From the NCBI GenBank assembly GCA_964292075.1, contig CAXYUC010000002.1, positions 7,469 through 71,468 of the forward strand: DNA of 64,000 nucleotides, written 5' to 3'. The notes under the pieces are model-generated. The model made no database searches and was not told the origin of the DNA. It worked only from the letters and a program-made list of their open reading frames with translations. Source of the DNA: an uncultured Mycolicibacter sp. Its GTDB lineage: Bacteria > Actinomycetota > Actinomycetes > Mycobacteriales > Mycobacteriaceae. Made by a program: the position numbers and the translations under genes. The stretch's first letter is position 1. Each line of letters starts with the position of its first letter. Positions 45,509 to 55,454 of the stretch are shown here, in pieces.

Positions 45509-46822
45509 TTACCGACCAGCGCCCGGCTTGCCGGTCGGACCCTGGCTGCGTCGGCTGGTGGGGCGGACTGGCTTTGCGCCGGCCGCTGGGCGGTCCGGCG
45601 CCGTCGCCACCGCACCCTCGTCTCCGGCGTCAACGGTGTCTTCGGAGTCGCCCGAGCCCTCCGTGCCAGCCGGTGCCGTTTTCGAACCGACCGCAGCGTT
45701 GCGGCGCCGCATCACCCGGCGGGTGTGGTTCTGCACCAGCTGGGTACGTTCCCGCAGGCTGACCAGCAGCGGTGTGGCCAAGTAAATCGACGAATAGGTG
45801 CCGACGACGACACCGACCAACTGCACCAGCGCAAGGTCCTGCAGCGTTCCCACACCCAGCAGCCACACGGCGACCACCATCAGCGAGATGATCGGCAACG
45901 CCGAGATCAGGCTGGTGTTGATCGACCGCATGAAAGTCTGGTTGATGGCCAAGTTGGCTTGCTCGGCATAGGTCAGTTTGGGTTTGTGTTCGAAATCGTG
46001 TGTGTTCTCCTCGACCTTGTCGAACACGATGACGGTGTCATAGATGGAGAACCCGAGGATGGTCAACAGGCCGATCACGGTGGCCGGCGTGACCTCGAAT
46101 CCGACCAGCGAATACACCCCGGCGGTGACGAGAATGTCGAAGACCATCGAAATCATCGCCGAGATGGTCATGAACCACTCGTAGCGCACGGTGATGTACA
46201 GCGACGCCAACAGCAGGAACACCACCAGCGCGATCACGGCTTTTTTGGTGATCTGCCCACCCCAGGTCTCCGACACCGCGGAGTCACTGATCGCCTGCTT
46301 GCTCGCCTCACCATTCGGGCCGACGGGCTGGAAGGCGTCGAACAGGTCGTCGCGCAGCTTCTCGGTCTGCTCGTTGGTGAGCGTCTCGGCCCGAATCTGC
46401 ACCGTCGCCGAGTTGCCGTTGCCGACCACGACAACCGACTCGGGACTACTGCCGACGCTCTTGCGGAACACCTCTTCGACCTGGGTGATGGTGGTGTCGC
46501 CGCGCGGGAACGACACCTTGGTACCGCCGGCGAAGTCGATGCCAAAGGTGAAGCCACGGACCAGGATGCTGACGATCGCGATCGCGACCATGGCGCCACT
46601 GATCGCGTACCACATCCGCCGCTTACCGATGACCTCGAACGCGCCGGTACCGGTGTAGAGCCGCGACAGGAAACTGTGCTTTGGCGCCTTGGCGGAGATT
46701 GCCTTCTTCCGGGCGGCCTCATCTACAGCAGTCCGGCTCTTGGTGCCTTCGACGGCTGCGGCGTCGCTTTTCGCGGACTTCTTCGCGGGCTTCGTGCCAC
46801 TGCTGGTGCTCGGTTTGGCCAT
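45509..46822 (-). CDS. secF: Protein translocase subunit SecF
   Basis: FGIDFAGG, GFSIYDTVIVFDKVEEN, TFMRSINTS. Confidence 0.97.
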   Translation of the reverse strand: MAKPSTSSGTKPAKKSAKSDAAAVEGTKSRTAVDEAARKKAISAKAPKHSFLSRLYTGTGAFEVIGKRRMWYAISGAMVAIAIVSILVRGFTFGIDFAGGTKVSFPRGDTTITQVEEVFRKSVGSSPESVVVVGNGNSATVQIRAETLTNEQTEKLRDDLFDAFQPVGPNGEASKQAISDSAVSETWGGQITKKAVIALVVFLLLASLYITVRYEWFMTISAMISMVFDILVTAGVYSLVGFEVTPATVIGLLTILGFSIYDTVIVFDKVEENTHDFEHKPKLTYAEQANLAINQTFMRSINTSLISALPIISLMVVAVWLLGVGTLQDLALVQLVGVVVGTYSSIYLATPLLVSLRERTQLVQNHTRRVMRRRNAAVGSKTAPAGTEGSGDSEDTVDAGDEGAVATAPDRPAAGAKPVRPTSRRSQGPTGKPGAGR

Positions 46823-46826
46823 CTGG

Positions 46827-48887
46827 CTATCCCTGTTCCGTCGACTGGGCGGTTACCCGCGTGCGCGCTTTGGCTCCGGACTTGCCGCCCGTTGCGCCTC
46901 CCGATTTGGCGACCGCCCGCCGCTCCCGTGCGACCTGCTGAACCGCGCCGAGGCCGTTGTAGGACGGCTTGGCCAGCGTCGGCGACTTGGACGCCAGGTA
47001 GACCAGCGGCCAGGTCACCAGGAACACCACCACCAGGTCGAGGATCGTGGTTAGCCCCAGGGTGAACGCGAAGCCCTTCACCTGGCCGACCGCTAGGAAG
47101 TAGAGCACCGCCGCCGCAAGGAACGTGACCGCGTTGCCGGACACGATCGTCTTGCGGGCCCGAGCCCACCCGCGTGGCACCGCCGAGCGGAACGACCGGC
47201 CTTCCCGGATCTCGTCCTTAATGCGTTCGAAAAACACCACGAACGAGTCTGCGGTGGTGCCGATACCGATGATCAGACCGGCGATACCGGCCAGGTCGAG
47301 CGTGTAGTTGATGTATCGGCCCAGCAACACCAGGATCGCGTACACCATGGCTCCGGCCACCACCAGTGACAGTGCGGTCAGCACGCCAAGTACGCGGTAG
47401 TAGAGCAGCGAGTAGATCAGCACCAAGGCCAGACCGATCGCACCGGCGATCAGACCCGCCTTCAGCGAGGTCATTCCCAGTGTGGCCGAGACGGTTTCGG
47501 CTTCCGAGGCCTCAAACGAGAGCGGCAGCGATCCGTACTTCAAGACGTTGGCCAGCTGTCGCGCGGCATCCGGGGTGAAACCCGGCGAGCCACCGGTGAT
47601 CTGGGTGCGGCCACCGGGGATGGCTTCCTGGATCTGCGGGGCACTGACTACCTGCGAGTCCAGCGTGAACGCGGTCTGCGTGCCGATGTGGGTGGCGGTG
47701 TAGTCGGCCCAGATGTCAGCCGCGCCACTCTTGAACTGCACCTGGACGATGTTGGCGCCGCTGCGCTGGTCCATGCCCGAGCTGGCGTCGGCGATCTGGT
47801 CGCCGCTGATGATCGACGGCGCCAGCAGGTACGCGGTCTGGTGGTCCTGCGAGCAGGTCACCAACGGCAGGTCCGGGTCGTCGTTGCCGGCAAGGATGTC
47901 TTCCTTGTCGCACCGTCCGGCCTGGATCTGCAAGGCCAGCGCCTGGACGACCTTATTGTCGCTCTGCCGCAACCGCTTCTCGGCGGCGATACGGGCCGCC
48001 AGTCCCTGGGCCTGATCACCCTGGCCAGGCAGACCCGGCATACCGGGCAAGCCGGGAAGTCCCGGCAAGGCGGGCATCTGCGCACCCGGGGCGGCCGGCA
48101 ACTGGGCGGGCGATCCCGGCGCACTCGGCGCCGGAACGGTAGAGGTGTCGGGAGTGGCCGTCTCGCTGGTGTTTTCGGAGCCGGGGCTCGCCGAGGTGGT
48201 CCCCGGGGTCGGGGTCGGCTCCTGCGGGAAGGGCCGCGGCTGGGCCGGCGGAGTCAACGGCTGCTGCGGAAGGGACGCGCCGTTCCCGTTACCGCCGAAC
48301 AAGCCCTGCCCGCCCGCGCCGAGGCCCGGAGGCAGACCGGGAACACCGCCACCACCAAGGCCCGGAGGCAGACCGGGAACACCGCCACCACCAAGGCCGG
48401 GAGGCAGACCCGGCGCACCACCCCCGGCGCCGGGCGGCAAGCCCGGGACGCCGGGCATGCCGCCACCACCGAGACCGGGCATCCGGCCGGCTGCCTGAGC
48501 CTCCTGCACCGAGACACCGTTGATGACCGGCCGGATGTAGAGCCGAGCGGTCTGGCCGAGGGTGCGGGCCTCGTTGCCGTCGCTGCCCGGCACCGTGATG
48601 ACCAGGTTGTTGCCATCGATGATGACCTCAGAGCCCGACACACCGAGTCCGTTGACCCGGGCGCTGATGATCTGTTGCGCCTGGTTGAGCGCCTCACGGG
48701 TCGGCGTGGAGCCGTCCGGGGTGCGCGCGGTGAGCGTCACACGAGTGCCGCCCTGCAGGTCGATGCCGAGTTTGGGTTCGGCGAGCTTGTTTCCGGTCAG
48801 GAATACCAGCAGGTAGACGCCGATGAGCAATGCCAGGAACACCGCCAGGTTGCGGGCAGGGTGCACCGGCGCCGAAGGCGATGCCAC
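46827..48887 (-). CDS. secD: Protein translocase subunit SecD with Gly/Pro-rich insertion
   Basis: [33 protein letters not shown]; GTG start 48887. Confidence 0.96.
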   Translation of the reverse strand: MASPSAPVHPARNLAVFLALLIGVYLLVFLTGNKLAEPKLGIDLQGGTRVTLTARTPDGSTPTREALNQAQQIISARVNGLGVSGSEVIIDGNNLVITVPGSDGNEARTLGQTARLYIRPVINGVSVQEAQAAGRMPGLGGGGMPGVPGLPPGAGGGAPGLPPGLGGGGVPGLPPGLGGGGVPGLPPGLGAGGQGLFGGNGNGASLPQQPLTPPAQPRPFPQEPTPTPGTTSASPGSENTSETATPDTSTVPAPSAPGSPAQLPAAPGAQMPALPGLPGLPGMPGLPGQGDQAQGLAARIAAEKRLRQSDNKVVQALALQIQAGRCDKEDILAGNDDPDLPLVTCSQDHQTAYLLAPSIISGDQIADASSGMDQRSGANIVQVQFKSGAADIWADYTATHIGTQTAFTLDSQVVSAPQIQEAIPGGRTQITGGSPGFTPDAARQLANVLKYGSLPLSFEASEAETVSATLGMTSLKAGLIAGAIGLALVLIYSLLYYRVLGVLTALSLVVAGAMVYAILVLLGRYINYTLDLAGIAGLIIGIGTTADSFVVFFERIKDEIREGRSFRSAVPRGWARARKTIVSGNAVTFLAAAVLYFLAVGQVKGFAFTLGLTTILDLVVVFLVTWPLVYLASKSPTLAKPSYNGLGAVQQVARERRAVAKSGGATGGKSGAKARTRVTAQSTEQG
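48323..48412. repeat. 36-bp in-frame tandem repeat (2 perfect copies plus partial) in secD
   Basis: GGCCCGGAGGCAGACCGGGAACACCGCCACCACCAA at 48323 and 48359; encodes [12 protein letters not shown] units. Confidence 0.85.
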
Positions 48888-49089
48888 GTTGTTGAGTCTC
48901 CTTCGCTCATTGCGCAATGCGCTCTCGTGATCGTCGGGGCTGGCCGATGCGCGGACCGCCCGCATGATCAGTACCACTGCACCCGCAAAAGGGTACGTGC
49001 CCGGCTGGCCGGGATGATCGTTGGGCGGACGTTCCGCGCGTCGGGCGTGCCAGCCGGCCAACAGGATGGCGGCGAGCCGCTGGGTCGAT

Positions 49090-49139
49090 GGCGACGACCC
49101 GCTTCTCGCCCGGCTCCGCCGCGCTCGCGATCGCCGCTA
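49090..49139 (+). repeat. Mycobacterial interspersed intergenic repeat (copy 2)
   Basis: GACCCGCTTCTCGCCCGGCTCCGCCGCGCTCGCGATCGCCGCTA; matches 2236-2280. Confidence 0.7.
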
Positions 49140-49445
49140 GGCGCCTTCGACGGCCTCTTCGACTGCGGCCTCGGCCGTCAGCTCCTCGGGCTCGATCTTG
49201 TCCCGCACGGCCAGCTTCAACCAGGTGGTCACCACACCCTGCGAGATCTCCAGGTCGACGTCGTCGTCAGTGATGCGGGTGATAGTGCCCTGCAGCCCGG
49301 ACGTCGTGTGCACCCGGTCGCCCACCCGCAGCGATTCGTGCAGGTCGATGGTGGCCTGCATCGCGCGCTTCTGCCGCCGCGAGGCGAAGAACATAAAGGC
49401 ACCCATGACGAGGAGCAGCGGCAGGAAGGCAACCATGTTTTCCAT
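49137..49445 (-). CDS. yajC: Preprotein translocase subunit YajC
   Basis: N-terminal TM, RRQKRAMQAT, GDRVHTTSGLQG; upstream of secD. Confidence 0.94.
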   Translation of the reverse strand: MENMVAFLPLLLVMGAFMFFASRRQKRAMQATIDLHESLRVGDRVHTTSGLQGTITRITDDDVDLEISQGVVTTWLKLAVRDKIEPEELTAEAAVEEAVEGA

Positions 49446-49626
49446 GACGACAACCGATCTTTCGACTTGTTCGAATGATTCTTTGGCACCGGACCACCTG
49501 AGGTGTGGCGGGCCACTGTGATGACAACAGTGTGCCACTGTGTCCGGCGACCGTGCGTCGGTACCGCCGTCCACCCCCTAGGCTGTCGGTCACGGGGGGT
49601 CAGAATTCTCGAGGGAAGGTTGGCCG

Positions 49627-49947
49627 ATGAGGAACTTCGCGTGTGGTCTGGCGACCGCCGTTGCCTTGGCAGCGGCTCCCCTGGCAGTGGGAGCGATCGC
49701 CATGCCCGCCATCGGATCGGCAGAGCCGCTGGCCTGCCCGGGCGGTCAGTACTGGGAGCCCAGCACCAACACCTGCATGCCGCTCGGCCAGGGACCGACG
49801 CCGCTGGCCTGCCCGGGCGGTCAGTACTGGGAGCCCAGCACCAACACCTGCATGCCACTTGGCCAGGGACCGACGCCGCTGGACTGCCCGCCCGGCGAAT
49901 ATTGGCAACCCTTCGGCAACGCGTGCAGGCCACTCGGCCAGATCTGA
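49627..49947 (+). CDS. Small secreted protein with three Cys-Pro-x-Gly-x-Tyr-Trp repeats
   Basis: SD GAGGAAGG, signal peptide, then 3 x ~25 aa units each with two Cys. Confidence 0.75.
   Translation: MRNFACGLATAVALAAAPLAVGAIAMPAIGSAEPLACPGGQYWEPSTNTCMPLGQGPTPLACPGGQYWEPSTNTCMPLGQGPTPLDCPPGEYWQPFGNACRPLGQI
49726..49944 (+). repeat. 75-bp in-frame tandem repeat, three units
   Basis: Units 49726-49800 and 49801-49875 are 73/75 identical; third unit diverged. Confidence 0.9.
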
Positions 49948-49980
49948 CCCGCGGCAAGGACCGCTAAGGAGGCCCGCCCC

Positions 49981-51327
49981 ATGTCCGTTCCGCCGCTGCT
50001 GCAGAGCCGTCACCTGGCCACCGAGATCCCCGGGCCCAGCTCGGTGCAGCTGGCGCGTCGCCGCGCGATGGCCGTGGCACGCGGGGTGGCCAGCACGCTG
50101 ACGGTGTACGCGACTCGGGCCGGCGGCGGCATCGTGGAGGACGTCGACGGCAACCGGCTGATCGACCTGGGCTCGGGTATCGCGGTGACGACCGTCGGCG
50201 CGGCCGCGCCCCGCGTGGTAGAGGCGGTGCAGCAGCAGGTCGCCGAGTTCACCCACACCTGCTTCATGGTCACGCCCTACGAGGGATATGTGGCCGTCGC
50301 CGAAGCACTGAACCGGATCACCCCGGGTACGCACGAGAAGCGCTCGGTGCTGGTCAACTCCGGTTCGGAGGCCCTGGAGAACGCCGTCAAGATCGCCCGC
50401 TCCTACACCCACAAGACCGCGGTGGTGGCGTTCGACCACGCCTATCACGGCCGCACCAACATGGCCATGGCGCTGACGGCCAAATCGATGCCCTACAAGA
50501 GCGGCTTCGGGCCGTTCGCACCCGACATCTACCGTGCGCCGACGTCCTATCCCTACCGTGACAGCCTGGTCGACAAAGACCTGGGCAGCGATGGTGAGCA
50601 CGCTGCCGTGCGGACCATCGGAGTGATCGAGAGCCAGATCGGGGCCGACAACCTGGCCGCGCTGGTAATCGAACCGATCCAGGGTGAGGGCGGCTTCATC
50701 GTGCCCGCGCCAGGTTTTCTGCCCGCGCTGCTGGCGTGGTGCCGCGACAACAACGTGGTCTTCATCGCCGATGAGGTGCAGTCCGGTTTCGCCCGCACCG
50801 GGGCGATGTTCGCCTGCGAGCACGAGCCGATCGTGCCCGACCTGATCTGCACCGCCAAGGGAATCGGTGGTGGGTTGCCGCTGGCGGCCGTCACCGGCCG
50901 CGCCGACATCATGGACGCCCCGCACGTCAGCGGCCTGGGTGGCACATTCGGCGGCAACCCGGTGGCCTGTGCGGCGGCACTGGGGGCGTTGGCCGCCGTC
51001 GAGGCTGACGACCTGGTGGGCCGGGCCCGCCAGATGGAGCGGCTGATCTTCGAACGGCTGGGCCGGTTGCAGGCCGACGACGACCGGATCGGCGATGTCC
51101 GCGGCCGCGGAGCCATGATCGCCGTCGAGCTGGTACGGCCCGACACGAACGAACCAGACCCGGCCCTGACCGCGGCGCTGGCAGCAGCGTGCCATCGGGC
51201 GGGTGTGATCGTGTTGACCTGTGGGACCTTCGGCAATGTGGTGCGACTGTTACCGCCGCTGACCATCAGCGACGCCCTGCTGGCGGAGGGCTTGGACGTG
51301 CTGGCCGGCGAGTTGGGGAGGCTGTAG
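49981..51327 (+). CDS. gabT: 4-aminobutyrate--2-oxoglutarate transaminase
   Basis: NSGSEALENAVKIAR, AYHGRT, EPIQGEGG, IADEVQSG, TAKG PLP lysine, GTFGGNP. Confidence 0.94.
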   Translation: MSVPPLLQSRHLATEIPGPSSVQLARRRAMAVARGVASTLTVYATRAGGGIVEDVDGNRLIDLGSGIAVTTVGAAAPRVVEAVQQQVAEFTHTCFMVTPYEGYVAVAEALNRITPGTHEKRSVLVNSGSEALENAVKIARSYTHKTAVVAFDHAYHGRTNMAMALTAKSMPYKSGFGPFAPDIYRAPTSYPYRDSLVDKDLGSDGEHAAVRTIGVIESQIGADNLAALVIEPIQGEGGFIVPAPGFLPALLAWCRDNNVVFIADEVQSGFARTGAMFACEHEPIVPDLICTAKGIGGGLPLAAVTGRADIMDAPHVSGLGGTFGGNPVACAAALGALAAVEADDLVGRARQMERLIFERLGRLQADDDRIGDVRGRGAMIAVELVRPDTNEPDPALTAALAAACHRAGVIVLTCGTFGNVVRLLPPLTISDALLAEGLDVLAGELGRL

Positions 51328-51333
51328 CCGGAG

Positions 51334-51732
51334 TCAGTCGGATTCGCGGTCGGCGACCAGTTCGTTGAGCAAGTCAGTGATGTGCGCCAGACCGGCCGCG
51401 GTCGTGTCCAGCCGTGACCGCAGCTGGCCGAACCCGCCGTTTACCTGGCTCCGCAGATCGACCAGGTCTTCTCGCATGGCATTGAAGCTTGCCACCGTGG
51501 CCTGGCGAAAATCACGCATGTCATCACGCATCTCACCGCCGAAAGCACGCATCTCCCCGCGAAAATCACGCATCTCACCGCCGAGCTGCTCGACATCGCG
51601 GTCCGCTCCCCCGGCGAGCACTGGCGCGGCAACCGCGTCCTGCTTGGCTTGCTGCAGCTGCCCGGTCAGTTCGTCGACCCGTGATTCCAGTGCGTCCACG
51701 CGGGCTTCGAGATTTTCCGAGGGCTCCGTCAT
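51334..51732 (-). CDS. Small coiled-coil hypothetical protein
   Basis: Heptad repeats GEMRDFR/GEMRAFG/GEMRDDM encoded by ~21-bp repeats (51506-51584). Confidence 0.65.
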   Translation of the reverse strand: MTEPSENLEARVDALESRVDELTGQLQQAKQDAVAAPVLAGGADRDVEQLGGEMRDFRGEMRAFGGEMRDDMRDFRQATVASFNAMREDLVDLRSQVNGGFGQLRSRLDTTAAGLAHITDLLNELVADRESD

Positions 51733-51793
51733 GCGACGAAAGCCTACCGAGCGGCGGTCCAAAGTGCCGTCACTCATTCACAACCCTGTCTGC

Positions 51794-52846
51794 CTACTCG
51801 AACAAACCCTGTTGCCCCAGCCCGCCCGCGCCAGCTGGGGGCACCATGCCCAGGTGCGTCCACGCTGCCGGGGTCGCAACGCGGCCCCGGGGGGTGCGGG
51901 CGACCATCCCGGCGCGCACCAGGAACGGCTCGCAGACCTCTTCGACGGTGGCAGCTTCCTCGCCTACCGCAACCGCCAGGGTGGAGACCCCGACCGGCCC
52001 GCCACCGAAGCTTCGGGTCAGCGCCGAGAGCACCGCGCGGTCCAGCCGGTCCAGGCCCAATTCGTCGACGTCGTAGACCGCCAGTGCGGCTTTGGCGACG
52101 TCGCGGGTGATCACTCCGTCGGCACGCACCTCGGCATAGTCCCGCACCCGGCGCAACAGCCGGTTGGCGATCCGCGGCGTGCCACGGGAGCGCCGCGCGA
52201 CCTCCGCCGCCGCCTCGGCGCCCAGTTCGATCCCGAGGATCTTCGCCGAGCGTGCCAGCACCCGCTGCAGCTCGGCCGGTTCGTAGAAGTCCATGTGGGC
52301 GGTGAACCCGAACCGGTCGCGCAGCGGGCCAGTCAGCGCACCTGATCTGGTCGTGGCACCGACCAGGGTGAACGGAGCCACTTCCAGCGGAATCGAGGTG
52401 GCACCGGGCCCCTTCCCGACGACGACGTCGACGCGGAAGTCCTCCATCGCCAGGTAGAGCATCTCCTCGGCCGGCCGGGCGATGCGGTGGATCTCGTCGA
52501 TGAACAGCACGTCATGCTCGACCAGGTTCGACAGCATCGCGGCCAGATCGCCGGCACGTTCCAGCGCCGGGCCGGAGGTCACCCGCAACGAACTACCCAA
52601 TTCACTGGCGATGATCATCGCCAGTGACGTCTTTCCCAGCCCCGGCGGGCCGGACAGCAAGATGTGATCGGGTGTGCCGCCGCGGTTCTTGGCACCCTCG
52701 ATCACCAGTTGCAGTTGCTCGCGCACCCGGGGCTGGCCGATGAACTCGGCCAGACTGCGCGGACGCAGGCCGGCGTCGATGTCGCCCTCGCCGACGGTCA
52801 GGGCCGGGGATACCTCGCGGTCGTCCGGTTCGGCCGGTTCGCTCAC
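51794..52846 (-). CDS. ruvB: Holliday junction branch migration helicase RuvB
   Basis: [35 protein letters not shown]. Confidence 0.98.
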   Translation of the reverse strand: MSEPAEPDDREVSPALTVGEGDIDAGLRPRSLAEFIGQPRVREQLQLVIEGAKNRGGTPDHILLSGPPGLGKTSLAMIIASELGSSLRVTSGPALERAGDLAAMLSNLVEHDVLFIDEIHRIARPAEEMLYLAMEDFRVDVVVGKGPGATSIPLEVAPFTLVGATTRSGALTGPLRDRFGFTAHMDFYEPAELQRVLARSAKILGIELGAEAAAEVARRSRGTPRIANRLLRRVRDYAEVRADGVITRDVAKAALAVYDVDELGLDRLDRAVLSALTRSFGGGPVGVSTLAVAVGEEAATVEEVCEPFLVRAGMVARTPRGRVATPAAWTHLGMVPPAGAGGLGQQGLFE

Positions 52847-53433
52847 TTGGTCTTCCCCAACCGGCTCAGCGCCGTGCGCAGCATTTCGGAGGTGGTCGCG
52901 TCGGGAGCGTCGGCCAGTACCTTGTCGGTGGTCTCTTCGGCCTGCTTGGCAGCAAAGCCGAGCCCGATCAGGGCTTCGATCACCGGAGCACGCACCGCAT
53001 GACCGCTGAACACGGCGCCGTCGGAAGCGGCCACCGCACCGATCTTGTCGCGCAGCTCCAGCACCAGCCGCTCGGCACCGCGCTTGCCGATCCCGGGCAC
53101 CCGGGTCAATGCGGTGACATCGGAGTCGGCGAGCGCCCGGCGCAGGGTGGCCGCGTCATAGACCGCCAGGGTGGCCAACGCGATCTTGGGTCCGATACCC
53201 GAGACCCCGATCAGCGTGAGGAACAGATCCCGTGCCTCGCCGTCCGGGAACCCGTAGAGCGTCATCGAGTCTTCGCGCACGATCATCGCCGTGATCAAAC
53301 GGGATTCGCTGCCGCGGCGCAGCGTCGACAGGGTCGCCGGCGTGGCCATCAGCTTGTAGCCGACCCCGGCCGCCTCGACCACCGCATGGTCCAGCGCGAT
53401 GTCGATGACCTCGCCACGTACCGACGCGATCAT
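52843..53433 (-). CDS. ruvA: Holliday junction branch migration protein RuvA
   Basis: [29 protein letters not shown]. Confidence 0.97.
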   Translation of the reverse strand: MIASVRGEVIDIALDHAVVEAAGVGYKLMATPATLSTLRRGSESRLITAMIVREDSMTLYGFPDGEARDLFLTLIGVSGIGPKIALATLAVYDAATLRRALADSDVTALTRVPGIGKRGAERLVLELRDKIGAVAASDGAVFSGHAVRAPVIEALIGLGFAAKQAEETTDKVLADAPDATTSEMLRTALSRLGKTK

Positions 53434-53987
53434 GCCCGGGCCGCCTTGAGCTTGGCGGTGTACTTACGCCGCTGCTCGGCGGCCAGCGCCTCGGCTGCGG
53501 CCATCCGGGCGATCATCGGGGCCCGCCAGCAGTGACAGATCGCCAGCGCCAGCGCATCCGCCGCGTCGGCGGGAGTCGGCTTTTGCTGCAGCCCGAGAAT
53601 TCGGGTGATCATCGTCGTCACCTGTGCCTTGTCGGCCGAACCGTTGCCGGTCACCGCGGCTTTGACCTCGCTGGGAGTGTGAAAGTGCACGCTGATGCCA
53701 CGTCGGGCGGCCTGCAGCGCGATCACCCCGCCGGCCTGCGCGGTGCCCATCACGGTGGAGACGTTCTGCTGGGCGAACACCCGCTCGATCGCGATGACGT
53801 CGGGGTGGTGGGTGTCAAGCCAGTGCTCGGCAATGTCGCTGATGATCAGCAACCGCTCCGGCAGCGGCTGATCGGCCGGGGTGCGCACCACATCGACATC
53901 CAAAGCGGTGACCTGACGCCCCTGCCCGCCTTCGACCACTGACAGCCCGCACCGCGTCAGCCCAGGGTCGACGCCCATCACCCGCAT
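53430..53987 (-). CDS. ruvC: Crossover junction endodeoxyribonuclease RuvC
   Basis: [44 protein letters not shown]. Confidence 0.97.
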   Translation of the reverse strand: MRVMGVDPGLTRCGLSVVEGGQGRQVTALDVDVVRTPADQPLPERLLIISDIAEHWLDTHHPDVIAIERVFAQQNVSTVMGTAQAGGVIALQAARRGISVHFHTPSEVKAAVTGNGSADKAQVTTMITRILGLQQKPTPADAADALALAICHCWRAPMIARMAAAEALAAEQRRKYTAKLKAARA

Positions 53988-54004
53988 CGGATTCCTCTCC
54001 AGCA

Positions 54005-54043
54005 CCGAACAATTGTTCGACAGTCTAGTGGGGGCCGGTGACG
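54005..54043 (-). promoter_or_regulatory. ruvC promoter with LexA SOS box and TAGACT -10 (possible PafBC-type spacing)
   Basis: Minus strand TCGAAC-AATT-GTTCGG at 54005-54020, one mismatch to TCGAAC-N4-GTTCGA; CGTCAC-N10-TAGACT immediately upstream. Confidence 0.75.
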
Positions 54044-54063
54044 CCCATGGGCTGCGACACGCA

Positions 54064-55428
54064 TCACTCGGCGGTGATACGCCCGCTCTCCGCCGCCGCC
54101 TGCAACGCCTGGTAGTCGCGCATGTTCTGGTCGGCGTACGCCAAGGCAAACCGGGTCAACGCCCGGTCGGCGTTATCCCCCTTGCCGAGATAGGCCGCGA
54201 TCGCGACTCGGTCGCCAGAACGGCTGTGCGCCCGGGCAAGTGCCTGCCCACACGCCTGCACGTAGGCGGTAAGCACCTTGGGACTCATCGATTCGACGTC
54301 GGCGGATCCCTTCATGTCCCACAGCTGGCGTACGTAGTAGTCACCATGGTGCCCGTCGGGGCCGATAGCGTGCAGCCAGCCCAGCAGGATGTCGCTGGTG
54401 GCCTGCATCAGCCGCTGCCCCGCCACAACCCGCTCCCCAGCGTTGGCGTATCGACTGCGCTTGAGGTGGGTTTCCAACACCGAGGGCCGTGCCTCCTTGA
54501 CCTGCATGAGCAACGGGTCTCCGCCGCCGACACCCTCAAACAGCACGATCCAGGTTCGGGTTCCGACGCTGCCCACACCGACCACCTTGCGGGCCACTTC
54601 GACGTAGCGGTACCGCCGTGCGAGCACCCGCCGGTCGTCGGGAAGGCTGGAAACGTAGTCCTTGATCAGCTTCCGCATGTACTTGTTGTAGAGCTGCGCC
54701 ACGACGTCACTGACCAAGTCACCGGCCGGAACGATCAGGGGCGGATCGCTGATCAGGCGCCGGTGGCCGTCTTGCGAGCGAGTGAGTTTGTCGACGGCCT
54801 GCTGCCGCCCGCGGGAAAGGGCACCGACCGCGGTACGCCGGATCGCCTTGGCGTAGACCGGTTCTACGGCGGCAAGCAATTCAGAGTCGATGACCGATTG
54901 CGCGTACCAGACGTCGAGCTCGCCGAGCCGGGCCAGTTCGCGCATCTGAGTGCGGTAGGCCTCGGCGCAGGCCGATATGACCGATTCCTGCTTGGCGGGG
55001 CCGAATCCCCTGCTGCGGCATAGCACCGCGGCACTGGCCACCAACCGTTTGACGTCCCACTCCCACGGTCCGGGCAGCGTCTCATCGAAATCGCTCAGAT
55101 CGAACATCAGCTGCCGCTCCGGGGAGGCGAACATCCCAAAGTTCGACAGGTGCGCATCCCCGCACAGCTGTGCCGATAGTCCGGTGTGCGGGTCGGCGGC
55201 GAGGTCGGCGGCCATGATCACCGCCGAGCCCCTGAAGAACGCATACGGCGACGCCAACATGCGGGCGTATCGGATAGGAACCAGCTCGGGAACCCGGGCC
55301 TTGGATTGAGACTCCAGCAGCGCTACCGGGTCCGCGCGTCGCGACGACGGCTCGTAGGCCCCGAGTGCGGATCGGGGAAGCGCCGTCCGCTGGGACCTGC
55401 CGTACTCCCGCCGCTCCCTCCCCGACAC
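54064..55428 (-). CDS. DUF2252 family protein (kinase-like)
   Basis: [50 protein letters not shown]; leaderless (TAGACT 6 nt before GTG). Confidence 0.9.
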   Translation of the reverse strand: MSGRERREYGRSQRTALPRSALGAYEPSSRRADPVALLESQSKARVPELVPIRYARMLASPYAFFRGSAVIMAADLAADPHTGLSAQLCGDAHLSNFGMFASPERQLMFDLSDFDETLPGPWEWDVKRLVASAAVLCRSRGFGPAKQESVISACAEAYRTQMRELARLGELDVWYAQSVIDSELLAAVEPVYAKAIRRTAVGALSRGRQQAVDKLTRSQDGHRRLISDPPLIVPAGDLVSDVVAQLYNKYMRKLIKDYVSSLPDDRRVLARRYRYVEVARKVVGVGSVGTRTWIVLFEGVGGGDPLLMQVKEARPSVLETHLKRSRYANAGERVVAGQRLMQATSDILLGWLHAIGPDGHHGDYYVRQLWDMKGSADVESMSPKVLTAYVQACGQALARAHSRSGDRVAIAAYLGKGDNADRALTRFALAYADQNMRDYQALQAAAESGRITAE

Positions 55429-55454
55429 GGCGTCAGTCTAGAACCGCTACTCGG

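Noticed and set aside
49726-49944. CRISPR-like array
   Set aside because: Units are contiguous, in frame and spacer-less; no cas genes
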